DNA of 64,000 nucleotides from Atopobiaceae bacterium (GTDB lineage: Bacteria > Actinomycetota > Coriobacteriia > Coriobacteriales > Atopobiaceae): contig JBJEKW010000081.1 of assembly GCA_051878835.1 (NCBI GenBank), positions 3,352 through 67,351 on the forward strand, in the 5' to 3' direction. The notes beneath the pieces are model-generated. The model saw only the letters and a program-made list of their open reading frames with translations. It had not been told where the DNA came from and searched no databases. Of this stretch, positions 1 through 8,958 are shown piece by piece (positions within the stretch are counted from its first letter, which is position 1; each line of letters opens with the position of its first letter). A program made the position numbers and the translations under genes.

Positions 1-267
1 TCTTGCATATTGACAAGATCAAGCAGCTTGTGCGGCACCTTACCTATAGAGGGATTGAGACCAAGCTCATGCCGATTCCTAATCCTATGCCGAACAGAGC
101 GGCACCTTACCTATAGAGGGATTGAGACCTCGCTTGGCTGTGACTTGTTACGCCGATAGTCAGCGTGCGGCACCTTACCTATAGAGGGATTGAGACGCGA
201 GGAGGTACATCGGACGGTCGAACACGCCTCTGCCAGCGGCACCTTATCTAAAAAGCGGTTGAAGCAC
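1..267 (+). CRISPR. Trailer end of a CRISPR array (3 intact repeats plus 1 degenerate terminal repeat); continues off-window to the left
   Basis: The 30-nt direct repeat GCGGCACCTTACCTATAGAGGGATTGAGAC occurs at 32-61, 99-128 and 167-196 (period 67-69 nt) with unique 37-39-nt spacers. A degenerate copy lies at 236-267 (GCGGCACCTTATCTAAAAAGCGGTTGAAGCAC). Positions 1-31 are a truncated spacer. The repeat 3' end ATTGAGAC resembles the canonical 8-nt crRNA 5' handle, which supports + strand transcription. Confidence 0.93.
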
Positions 268-421
268 TCTGAATAGCTCTTTCATTTTGCGTCTTCTCAC
301 GGGGGTGGCTACTCGCCCATGGAGGTGCTGATTTGCCATGTGCGCGGAAGTGTCGCTCCCTGCACTTTCGCCTGGTATACCGTTTCCGCACATTGAACCC
401 TCATGAGATTGGAGCCAGTGA

Positions 422-682
422 ATGTTCGTGGTCCTTTCATATGACGTGGGGAAGAAGCGCGTAAAGAAGGTAATGAGAACTTGCCGTAGATACCTCAATC
501 ACGTGCACGAGTCGGTCTTCCAGGGTAAGGTGACTGACCTGGAGTTAGCGCATCTGAAGAGTGATCTTGCCGAAGTGCTAGATACTCATAAGGACTCAGT
601 GCGAATATACGAGCTGGAGTCTCCTAGGTATCTGTATACCGAGGACCTTGGCAGGTCACGTGACCTTTCGAACATCATTTAG
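422..682 (+). CDS. cas2: CRISPR-associated endoribonuclease Cas2
   Basis: 86 aa with a Cas2-like N-terminus, MFVVLSYDVGKKRVKKV (hydrophobic strand ending in the conserved Asp). Its size and its position between the array and cas1 fit Cas2. Confidence 0.85.
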   Translation: MFVVLSYDVGKKRVKKVMRTCRRYLNHVHESVFQGKVTDLELAHLKSDLAEVLDTHKDSVRIYELESPRYLYTEDLGRSRDLSNII

Positions 683-720
683 CACTGGTAGTAACCTGTG
701 CTTCTTCAGGAGGTCAATCC

Positions 721-2643
721 ATGCTTACCATCGAGGATGTCGTATCGACGGAAAACGTGCAGAAGGCGCTCAACCATTTTGCCGGGAAGCGCGACGGCGA
801 AGGGCCCGATGGGATGCGAGTGTCTGACCTGCCTAGTTATTGGAAGGCCAATGGGTCTAGGGTATGTCAACAACTGAGGGATTCTGAGTACCGTTTTGGT
901 GTGGTGAGCAAGTATGAGATTATTAGTGCCAAGGGGAAGCGTAGGTTCATCTCGTCCATTGACGTACTGGACCGCTTTGTGGAGCGTCTGTTACAGCAGG
1001 TGCTTGCCCCTGAGTTTGACCGCCTCTTTCTCCCAAACAGCTTTGCCTTTCAAGAGGGCAAGGGGGCACTTGATGCGGCAGTTGCTGCAAGGGACTATGT
1101 AAGCAGCGGATTCTCATGGCTATGCGAGGTTGACCTCAAGGACTACTTCGACTGGATCCCGCATAGCGGTCTTATGGCAATTCTCCGCAAGCATACCCAA
1201 GACCCCTCGCTTCTGCACCTACTAGAGAGCTGCATGCGGCGAGACGTGCTCCAATCCGGTGTTGTTTCGCAGCTGACAAGAGGCGTGCTGCAGGGATGTG
1301 CAGTCAGCCCCATATTTGCGAACCTGTACCTTCAGTCGCTAGACCAACTATTGCAGGATGACGGATGGTCGTGGCTGCGCTATGCCGACAACATCAACGT
1401 GTACACAAAGTCCGAAGAGGATGCGTATCTCGTCTACGAGGCACTGTCGGTTGTTCTTAGACGTGATTACCGGCTCAGCGTCAACATCAAGAAGAGTGGT
1501 GTGTTTCCCGCAATTTCACGGCGGGTCCTTGGCTATGACCTGGTACGTAGCGAAGGCGGTTCCATCAATGTGTGCCGGCATGACTACGACAGGATGGTGG
1601 AGTACGGTATTTGGCACAAGTCGGCGATTGTTGGGCAGCAAGATCTTGGTGACATACACATCGTGGAAGATGGGATCCTGAATCGTGAAGACTTCTCGAT
1701 ATTGTTTCAGGGCGATGATGTGCGTAGGCCAATTCCTGCAGAGGTTACGGACCAACTAAATATCTACGGCAACGTTTCCGTGACTCCTGCCGCCCTGTCA
1801 ACCATCACCTACTACAACATTCGTCTCGCTTATTGCGATAAATACGGGAACCTGATGGGGGTGTATGTTCCCGCAAAGCATGGTTCGCTCTCCACGACAT
1901 TCCTCAAGCAGGTGCAGCTGTACTGCGATGACGGTCGGAGGCTTGAGGTTGGGCGCTCTCTGGAGGATGCGGGCATTCATAACATGCGCTCTAACCTGCG
2001 CTATTACTACCACAAGTTCAACCGGCCTCTCCTAAGTAACACCGTGGAAGAGCTGACCACCATCTTGGAGCTTGTTTCGAATGCTGACTCCATGGGGGAG
2101 CTGTTAATCCTCGAGGCTCAAGCGCGCAAGCGCTACTACGCTTGCTTTAATGACATTCTGTTAGGCACCGGCTTTGACTTCTCTAGGAGGTCGCGTAGGC
2201 CGCCAAGAGATCCGGCCAACGCGCTTATCAGTTTTGGAAATACGCTTCTGTACAACAAGTTTCTCCAGCTCATTTGGAAGACCTCGCTCGACCCGAGAAT
2301 TGGCGTAATCCACTCGACCAACGGTCGCCTGTTCAGCCTCAATCTTGACTTTGCTGATGTATTTAAGCCAATCGTGGTTGACCGAGTCATATTTTCCCTT
2401 GTAAACAAGAGGACCATCTGTAGTGAGAGGGACTTTTGCAAAACCGATGAAGGTGGAACGTACCTGAACGAGAATGGCAAACGGGTCTTTATCCAAGCGC
2501 TTCAGGGCAAGCTGGCCTCATATCACACGGAGGGTAGTCGCAGAGTGTCCTATGGGCAGCTGATGAAAGAAGAAGTACGAAACTTCTACGGTTACGTGAC
2601 CAGGGGGACTGAATTTCTACCATACAAATACCCAAAGGGGTAG
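721..2643 (+). CDS. cas1: Reverse transcriptase-Cas1 fusion protein (RT-Cas1)
   Basis: 640 aa. The N-terminal half carries group-II-intron-like RT motifs: DLKDYFDWIPH, GVLQGCAVSPIFANLYL and RYADNINVY. The C-terminal half carries Cas1 motifs: LILEAQARKRYY, RRPPRDPANALISFGNTLLY and GVIHSTNGRLFSLNLDFADVFKP (His-x11-Asp-x2-Asp). Confidence 0.9.
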   Translation: MLTIEDVVSTENVQKALNHFAGKRDGEGPDGMRVSDLPSYWKANGSRVCQQLRDSEYRFGVVSKYEIISAKGKRRFISSIDVLDRFVERLLQQVLAPEFDRLFLPNSFAFQEGKGALDAAVAARDYVSSGFSWLCEVDLKDYFDWIPHSGLMAILRKHTQDPSLLHLLESCMRRDVLQSGVVSQLTRGVLQGCAVSPIFANLYLQSLDQLLQDDGWSWLRYADNINVYTKSEEDAYLVYEALSVVLRRDYRLSVNIKKSGVFPAISRRVLGYDLVRSEGGSINVCRHDYDRMVEYGIWHKSAIVGQQDLGDIHIVEDGILNREDFSILFQGDDVRRPIPAEVTDQLNIYGNVSVTPAALSTITYYNIRLAYCDKYGNLMGVYVPAKHGSLSTTFLKQVQLYCDDGRRLEVGRSLEDAGIHNMRSNLRYYYHKFNRPLLSNTVEELTTILELVSNADSMGELLILEAQARKRYYACFNDILLGTGFDFSRRSRRPPRDPANALISFGNTLLYNKFLQLIWKTSLDPRIGVIHSTNGRLFSLNLDFADVFKPIVVDRVIFSLVNKRTICSERDFCKTDEGGTYLNENGKRVFIQALQGKLASYHTEGSRRVSYGQLMKEEVRNFYGYVTRGTEFLPYKYPKG

Positions 2644-2676
2644 CCCTCAATATCATACCAGGAGCCCATTGCGCTG

Positions 2677-3429
2677 CTATCCCTGCCGTAAGGGGCGATA
2701 ATCGATGTCAAACATTCCGAATCCCTGGGTGTTTTTCGTCCCTAGCCCTGCGTAGTACAGAAGCTCCATGAGAGGTGGTTGGGCCTCCATTACGAAGGAG
2801 CCCAGCCATCCCGTGACGTAGATTCCCTTGTATGTTGTGACGCGCTTCTTGAGGGTGTTTGGCAGGGGTACAAGTTGAAGATTACCTGCATCTTGAATCC
2901 CAGCTGCCTCCATCTTTGACCGTGCATTTGTCTGGATAAGCTCGGAAAAGCCGTCGTCAAGTGGCGAGAAGTATGTTGTATGGCCGTCGGGTGTCGTTAG
3001 GTGGACGGTGACAGGGGAGATCATTCGGGCAACGCATGTAGTTGGAAAGATAAGTTTCTGTCTCTCCTCCAAACCAATGACAGAGAACCTCGCTGATGCG
3101 AGCCGAACTCTCATGTGCACGCGTAGTTGTTCTGCTATCTCGTCTATTACAGCATCGATGGGTGACCGTACCTCGATGCTAAACTGTCCTTGCAGAGTGA
3201 GTGTCTTGCGTGAGGGGTCTACGTTTGATGCCCCCTGTATTGGCCCAAATGTGAGCATGCGAAACTTGCGCCCCTGGGTAGTGCGATATCCCGTCTCATG
3301 AACTTGGGTGAAATGGTCCAGAAGACAGGCATATAGGGCACCTTGTATGTAATGGCCGTACGCAAGTGGAAGCTCTGTTTGTCCCTCGGAGTAGAGAGCG
3401 ATGCGCAACGCCTTCACGGCAGCCTCCAT
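2677..3429 (-). CDS. cas6: CRISPR repeat endoribonuclease Cas6
   Basis: 250 aa with the C-terminal glycine-rich RAMP loop YYAGLGTKNTQGFGMFDI typical of Cas6. It lies convergent with RT-cas1 and divergent from the cmr operon. Confidence 0.85.
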   Translation of the reverse strand: MEAAVKALRIALYSEGQTELPLAYGHYIQGALYACLLDHFTQVHETGYRTTQGRKFRMLTFGPIQGASNVDPSRKTLTLQGQFSIEVRSPIDAVIDEIAEQLRVHMRVRLASARFSVIGLEERQKLIFPTTCVARMISPVTVHLTTPDGHTTYFSPLDDGFSELIQTNARSKMEAAGIQDAGNLQLVPLPNTLKKRVTTYKGIYVTGWLGSFVMEAQPPLMELLYYAGLGTKNTQGFGMFDIDYRPLRQG

Positions 3430-3641
3430 ATTGCTAGGTTCTTGTTTTACAAGGCCCGATTATACTTAATGGCTTGGGGGGCGAAGGCGTTATCTGCCAG
3501 ACCCCTTACGGTCGTCCCGTTCAGACGTTCAGAGGACTATCCAGTGGAGCCGCTCGGCGAACGAGCCGACAAATCTTGTTTAAACGGGATATAGTACCTT
3601 AGCAGTTATTATGTAGGCTGAAATATGGGTGGGGTTAGGAG

Positions 3642-4736
3642 ATGCGTATGGGCCTTTCCCTGGATAATGCAGTAGGCTACGACATAAGCCGCTATCGCCG
3701 CGAAGTTTCGCTCGAGCAGATAACTGGGCTGTTGCATTTTAAGGGCCATGACGAGGGTGCGTATCTGCGTCCCAGCAGTGTAAAGCCCCAATTGGACAGG
3801 TTCATCTTCTTGCGGGTGCCTGAGCAGGTGAAGGACGAGTGGCGAACTGGCACGGAGCACAAAAGTCTCTCATACAAGCTCGCGATTGCTCCTCGTGGAA
3901 GAGTCCAGCTGAAGCAGTGCTGGCCCGTTGAAAAGGCGCGGCTTCAAGGTAGGGGAAGAGGCCACTCGAACTCTGTTCTCGTGGACTATGTCCCCAAGTC
4001 GTACTTCGTGAACAGAATGGCTAAGAACGAGAACGTTGGCCTTGTGTATTGTCCTGTTGCCAAACTGGTTCTCGAGTCGATGTTTCCGGAGCTCCTAGAC
4101 GTTGTCGAAAGTGCCCTGCGCGCCTTTTTCCTCACTCATAACTTTGGTATTCGCGGTGGTAGAGGCAATGGTTCTTTCATCGTTCGCTGTGAACCAGGTG
4201 GTACGCGCGAAGAAGATGTTATTCGCAAGCACTGCCTGGGCTATGTGAAGCTCGAGCTCCCAAAGAGATATAGGACTGAAACATTGGAGAGCCGGCTGGT
4301 TCTTTCGAATTACGCCAGTGCTTGCATGGACCTTCTTAGGCACAGCATGGATCGCAAAGACAGGTGGCAGTTTGGCACCATCGACAGACGTGACTTCCCG
4401 GCCAGCGATGGGCTGGTAGAGCGAATCCCTTCTCCAATTTTGGTAAAAATTACGAACCAAGGCATCTACTTCGAATATCTAGGCTATCCAACTGCCTTCG
4501 CAAGCCAAGGCGGTGCCAAGTCTGCTTATAAGCGATTGCGTCCTGCGGGGGAGACTCCAAAGGACAATCTTCTTTCCCGTGCAACCCTACTCTTCAACGA
4601 TCTTTATCTGGACGAGCGAGCCAATGACCAGGTCTTTAATACGGCGTGGGACTATACGAACGATGTATTGGGACAAGATCTTGGGGACTTCGAATATCAC
4701 GAGGGCACGCCCTTGAAGGAAGGTGGTCTCCATTAG
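3642..4736 (+). CDS. cmr1: Type III-B RAMP subunit, Cmr1-like
   Basis: 364 aa and first gene of the cmr operon. It has the glycine-rich loop FGIRGGRGNGSF and the N-terminal LRPSSVKPQLDRFIFLRV, which resembles the RAMP R-x-S-x-KG-x-R-F-W motif. The call relies partly on canonical cmr1-cmr6 gene order. Confidence 0.6.
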   Translation: MRMGLSLDNAVGYDISRYRREVSLEQITGLLHFKGHDEGAYLRPSSVKPQLDRFIFLRVPEQVKDEWRTGTEHKSLSYKLAIAPRGRVQLKQCWPVEKARLQGRGRGHSNSVLVDYVPKSYFVNRMAKNENVGLVYCPVAKLVLESMFPELLDVVESALRAFFLTHNFGIRGGRGNGSFIVRCEPGGTREEDVIRKHCLGYVKLELPKRYRTETLESRLVLSNYASACMDLLRHSMDRKDRWQFGTIDRRDFPASDGLVERIPSPILVKITNQGIYFEYLGYPTAFASQGGAKSAYKRLRPAGETPKDNLLSRATLLFNDLYLDERANDQVFNTAWDYTNDVLGQDLGDFEYHEGTPLKEGGLH

Positions 4737-6507
4737 CACGTATGTTGGGGTGACGGTAGGCCCGATTGTATCTACCTTGGAGATGGCCTCAAAACCAGCC
4801 GGTCTCTGGTTCGCCAGTGGCATGTTCTCCTGGATTTCGTCTCGAATCTGCCATGGCATGCTAAGTAACGATCGGCTTAGAGACTGGAACATCAAGCCCA
4901 TCTCTCCTGCCTACAGCGATGATTTTTCCACTGTCTTCCGTGAGGATGACCCGAATGATCCCGGTGGGGCATTCTTGGACGGCGTTGGCCGTTGGAACGA
5001 TCATCTCTTCTTTGTCCTTGACTCCGAGAAGGTCGAGGAGGACAAGCTGGGGGAGGCTATGGATGGCGTGATTGCATCCGCTAAGCGCGATGTCGCGGGA
5101 GGAGTCCTGAGCGCGCTGCGCCAGACATCCTCCAACCAGCAAGCCCAGAATCCAGAAGCCCAGCAGGCGCTTTCCGATTACATCCAGATAGCCTGGATGT
5201 CTGCAGATGAGAGCCAGGTAGGAGACGAGAACTGCATTCTCGCGCTTAGCAAGTACCTTGATAGCCTTGAGCTTTGCCAGGGAATCCCCACCAACGATGA
5301 AGCTAACCCACTCTATGAGTTCCTTCTTGGCAGCAAGGATGACCCAGATCCACGGCCAAACGAGAACGTGAAGAACTGCTGGCTTGTCCCCGAGGGGTAT
5401 CGTGACGGAACGCTGGGCAAGTCAAACTTTCCGCTCTTTACCCGTAACGGCAGAATTCGCGACATCGAGCATATCGCCGGACGCGCGCGCAGGGGGATTG
5501 ACGCGCAATGGAAGCGCTACAGCTACTACGCCGTGGTGCAAGCAGATGGCGACAACATGACGAAGACCATCCAGACAGCACGGACGCCAGGGGAGACGCT
5601 GGAGTTCTCCGCCAAATGCCTTGCGTACTCTGGGGAGGCATCAAGGCTTATCGATTTGTACGGCGGCATGACAATCTATGCGGGGGGAGACGACCTGCTG
5701 TTCTTGGCCCCGCTGGAGGGAAGCTGCCCCGATGGTGGCACTATGAGTATCCTTGGGCTCTGCTCGCGCATTCAAGCTGCGTTCCAGCGAATCTTTGGGA
5801 AGGGGCAGCCAAACTCTCCACTTGCTGTCTCGTTTGGGATTAGCGTCGCGTACTACAAGTCCCCTCTTTACGAGTCGCTCAGGTCGGCGCAATACCTGCT
5901 ATTTGCCTGCAGCAAGCGTAACTCTTATGGGAAGCGCAGGATTACCCTTTCGCTCCAGAAGCACAGCGGCCAGTCCGTGTGCTTCTCCGTAGCCAGCGAG
6001 GCACAGCTCGAAGACGGCTCCCCCTCGCCCCTAGCACTGCTGGACACCCTCATCTGCAGCGCGCTTCCTAGGGGGCGGCCATTGGGATGTGGGCAGGCCG
6101 ATGCCGCACCTTTGGGCGAGGAGACTGATGACGAGCTAAGGTCCGTTCTCTATCGGCTGGGGGAGTTCGAGGGGCTGTTTGAGTCCGCAATGAGGATGGA
6201 GCATGACGGCGTTGCCGGCACCCGTGTCAGCGACCTGTACGACAACATGTTTGACGCGGCGGACCAGAAGCGCTTCGCCGGCTATCTGTCTGGCATACAG
6301 TCGCTGGGCCAGGCAATCGTTGCTTCAGACACAAAAGATAAGGCGGGAAATAGGTCCTGCTGGAGCCTAGCCGAGGGTCTCCCTTCCGGCCAGGCTGGCA
6401 CCCCGGGTGGCAACGGGAACGCATACTATGAGACTCAGGGGTACGTCAACGCACTTTGCTCCATGCTTAGGTTCGCAAAGCTTTACTCGGAGAGGGGCGA
6501 GGAGTGA
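4723..6507 (+). CDS. cas10: Cas10/Cmr2 large subunit, short form without an HD nuclease domain
   Basis: 594 aa. Both cyclase palm motifs are present: YYAVVQADGDNMTKTI and IYAGGDDLLFLAP (GGDD intact). The protein starts directly at the Cmr2-type GPIVSTLEMASKPAGLWFASGMFSWI motif, so no HD region precedes it. The start overlaps cmr1 by 14 nt. Confidence 0.88.
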   Translation: MVSISTYVGVTVGPIVSTLEMASKPAGLWFASGMFSWISSRICHGMLSNDRLRDWNIKPISPAYSDDFSTVFREDDPNDPGGAFLDGVGRWNDHLFFVLDSEKVEEDKLGEAMDGVIASAKRDVAGGVLSALRQTSSNQQAQNPEAQQALSDYIQIAWMSADESQVGDENCILALSKYLDSLELCQGIPTNDEANPLYEFLLGSKDDPDPRPNENVKNCWLVPEGYRDGTLGKSNFPLFTRNGRIRDIEHIAGRARRGIDAQWKRYSYYAVVQADGDNMTKTIQTARTPGETLEFSAKCLAYSGEASRLIDLYGGMTIYAGGDDLLFLAPLEGSCPDGGTMSILGLCSRIQAAFQRIFGKGQPNSPLAVSFGISVAYYKSPLYESLRSAQYLLFACSKRNSYGKRRITLSLQKHSGQSVCFSVASEAQLEDGSPSPLALLDTLICSALPRGRPLGCGQADAAPLGEETDDELRSVLYRLGEFEGLFESAMRMEHDGVAGTRVSDLYDNMFDAADQKRFAGYLSGIQSLGQAIVASDTKDKAGNRSCWSLAEGLPSGQAGTPGGNGNAYYETQGYVNALCSMLRFAKLYSERGEE

Positions 6508-7655
6508 TGAGCCAGTACCTGGTGACGTTTAGGCCCCTTGAGCCCTATTTTCTGGGTGGGGAACGAAATGCCCGCTTTGGGGACAGCACCATCTTCTCTC
6601 AGCCCTACTATATTCACTCGCTGAACGTGCCCTCTCAAACCACGCTGTTTGGCGCTCTGCGGTACCTGATCCTAGAGGCATCGGGAAGGCTGATTTCCAA
6701 CTGGGCAGACGCTGCCCAGAGGCAGCGCGCGGCAGAGGCGGTGGGCCCCTCGAGCTTCTCGTTTGAGAGGACCACCAGCTTTGGCGCTCTCAAATCCATA
6801 TCGCCAGCATTCCTCATCAACTGCTGCGCGTCTGCATGCACGGACATTACACAGCATGCCCTTGTGCCGGCGCCCATGAACGCGGTGGTTGGCGGTGACG
6901 GCGGGTTGGTTGGCCTGCTGAAGGTTGTGGAGCCTCCTGCGGGAGTGCACCTAAGCCGTGGCGGTCTCTACGCGACAGACTACAATGTCAAGAACGGCTA
7001 TTGCACGGGATGGCTTGACCTGGCCACTTGCAAGGTGCATGAATCTGGTGAGCTGTTCGCGGGCGTTACCCGCGTGGGTATCGACGCCTCCCGTCCCGAG
7101 AACCAGGATGATGCCTTCTTCAAGAAGGAGAGCAAGGTCCTCTCCCCACTCTTGCAAGATCGCGGTGGTGGGTTTGCGTGCTTCGCTAATATTGACATGG
7201 CTGCTGTTCCGGGGTTGGAAACCCTTTCCGAGCAAGGCGGCATAGTGTTCATGGGGCAGGACAAGTCAACCTTCTCTGTGGAGTTTACTCCCTGTTCCCA
7301 GAACGTCTCCTACCCGGTGCTCGCGCAGGGGACCGTGAGCTTACTGGAGGAGGCCCTCTCCGCCTCCTGCGAGGGTGGTACACCCGCTTGTTTCTGGTAC
7401 TCGCTGGGAGACTGCCTGGTGGAGCATAGCCCGAGGGGATTCTTCATCGTCGAAACGGATTACTTCCGTCACTTAGGCACCCACTACGAGAAGCGCTCGA
7501 GCTATCGGCAAGGGCTGTCCAAGTCCGGTCTCTATCGCATTGCGCGTGGAGGCTCTGTGTTCTATCAGGAACCCCGCTTGGTGGAAGAGGACAGGAAGAA
7601 GCGCTGTGCGGTTGTGGGCATGAACCAGCTGCTTCCTGTAAACGTGAAGGAGTGA
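6504..7655 (+). CDS. cmr3: Type III-B subunit Cmr3 (Cas5 family)
   Basis: 383 aa. The N-terminus YLVTFRPLEPYFLGGERNARFG matches the Cmr3-type 'P-x-D/E-P-x-F-F/L-x-G' start. There is a 4-nt overlap with cas10, and the gene sits in the canonical position. Confidence 0.7.
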   Translation: MMSQYLVTFRPLEPYFLGGERNARFGDSTIFSQPYYIHSLNVPSQTTLFGALRYLILEASGRLISNWADAAQRQRAAEAVGPSSFSFERTTSFGALKSISPAFLINCCASACTDITQHALVPAPMNAVVGGDGGLVGLLKVVEPPAGVHLSRGGLYATDYNVKNGYCTGWLDLATCKVHESGELFAGVTRVGIDASRPENQDDAFFKKESKVLSPLLQDRGGGFACFANIDMAAVPGLETLSEQGGIVFMGQDKSTFSVEFTPCSQNVSYPVLAQGTVSLLEEALSASCEGGTPACFWYSLGDCLVEHSPRGFFIVETDYFRHLGTHYEKRSSYRQGLSKSGLYRIARGGSVFYQEPRLVEEDRKKRCAVVGMNQLLPVNVKE

Positions 7656-8491
7656 CGACTGTGGATAACAAGTTTTACTACCTTAGCTGCCTGACGAATC
7701 TTCACGTGGGCAACGGCGCCGATAACTTTGGAATCATCGATCGCGAAGTCGAACGCGATTTCGTAACGGGGTATCCTACCATCCCATCCTCCGGCCTCAA
7801 GGGTGCCTTTCGCAAGTACTTTACGGAGGCCGGCGGGGCTGAGCTTGTGGACAGGCTCTTTGGGCCTTCCTCGGGCTCTGGTGACACCAGGCCAGGGTCA
7901 GTCAAATTCATCTCTGGCCAGCTTTTGTTTCGCCCCGTGAGGGCCTCAAAAGGCGCGTATGCGTGCTATCAGTGCACTACCATGACGACGCTACGAATGC
8001 TTGCTAGGGCACGCGGAGAGATTGCTAACGATGCGAGCATGCAGGGACTTCTCGCTGACTCTGGCCCCGAGCCGAAAACGTGCTACTTTGGCGAGGGCGA
8101 CGGGGGCGTAGAGGTCGAGGGCTTTGCGGCACCTTGTGCGGACGCGCACGAGGAACTTGGCAAGTGCGCAAAAGGCCTTCTGTCTGCCGCTGCTCCAGAC
8201 GCTGCTTCCAGGAAGCTCACGAGCGGTGTTGTTCTTCTCGGGGAGGATGATAACCGCGCGATTCCCCTTCCTGTCATCGCGCGCAATCAGCTTGACAATG
8301 GCATCAGCAAGAATCTCTGGTATGAGGAGTTTGTCCCTCATGACAGTATCTTCTGGTTTGCTGTACTTGGCCCCGAGGAGGACCTCGAGGCTTTCGACAA
8401 CGTCGTGGCTGGCAAGGTTGTGCAGATTGGAGGCAATGCCACGATAGGGCGTGGCCTCTGTCTTGTTGTTCCCTTCGGCCAGAGCATCTAG
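7652..8491 (+). CDS. cmr4: Type III-B backbone RNase subunit Cmr4 (Cas7 family)
   Basis: 279 aa with LTNLHVGNGADNFGIIDREVERDFVTGYPTIPSSGLKGAFR (catalytic-position Asp present) and the C-terminal QIGGNATIGRGLC glycine loop. Confidence 0.85.
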   Translation: MTTVDNKFYYLSCLTNLHVGNGADNFGIIDREVERDFVTGYPTIPSSGLKGAFRKYFTEAGGAELVDRLFGPSSGSGDTRPGSVKFISGQLLFRPVRASKGAYACYQCTTMTTLRMLARARGEIANDASMQGLLADSGPEPKTCYFGEGDGGVEVEGFAAPCADAHEELGKCAKGLLSAAAPDAASRKLTSGVVLLGEDDNRAIPLPVIARNQLDNGISKNLWYEEFVPHDSIFWFAVLGPEEDLEAFDNVVAGKVVQIGGNATIGRGLCLVVPFGQSI

Positions 8492-8502
8492 GGTGGGCAG
8501 CT

Positions 8503-8958
8503 ATGTCAAATGCAAGAGTCGAGAGAATGATTCCGTCTGCCAGGGACGCAATCATCAAAGCTGGAATTTCGGAAGGCGGCAGCGTGAAGAAGGCTTTCCG
8601 GGGGCAGATCTCTACTTTCGGAGCCGCAATCACCATGGGTTCCCTGTTGCCTGCGGTTGCATTTTTTAGCGACCAGGGATCTGCAGAGGTTGACCGTACC
8701 AAGCTCATGAAGGCGATTATGCTCGTCCTGCAGAAGGAGGAGGGCCTCCTGGGCGATTTCGCGAAGAGGTACGACAAACTCCTGGACCTCTGCACGGAGG
8801 TATGCAATGTGCCCTATGCCGAGGGTGTTTGCGCAAACGAACTGAGCGCCCCGCAACTTCGTGAAGGCGTCATCGATGCTGCTATCGCAATTAAACTGGC
8901 CATGAATTACTTCAGGCTAGTCACCACGGATGGCGGCGAGGGGGCGAGCCGCTCGTGA
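8503..8958 (+). CDS. cmr5: Type III-B small subunit Cmr5 (Cas11)
   Basis: 151 aa, predicted all-helical, lying between cmr4 and cmr6. It has a Cmr5-like FGAAITMGSLLPAVAFF segment. Confidence 0.7.
   Translation: MSNARVERMIPSARDAIIKAGISEGGSVKKAFRGQISTFGAAITMGSLLPAVAFFSDQGSAEVDRTKLMKAIMLVLQKEEGLLGDFAKRYDKLLDLCTEVCNVPYAEGVCANELSAPQLREGVIDAAIAIKLAMNYFRLVTTDGGEGASRS

Noticed and set aside
244-498. 84-aa - strand ORF between the array and cas2
   Set aside because: It overlaps the degenerate repeat and the cas2 start on the opposite strand, and it has no motif or RBS.
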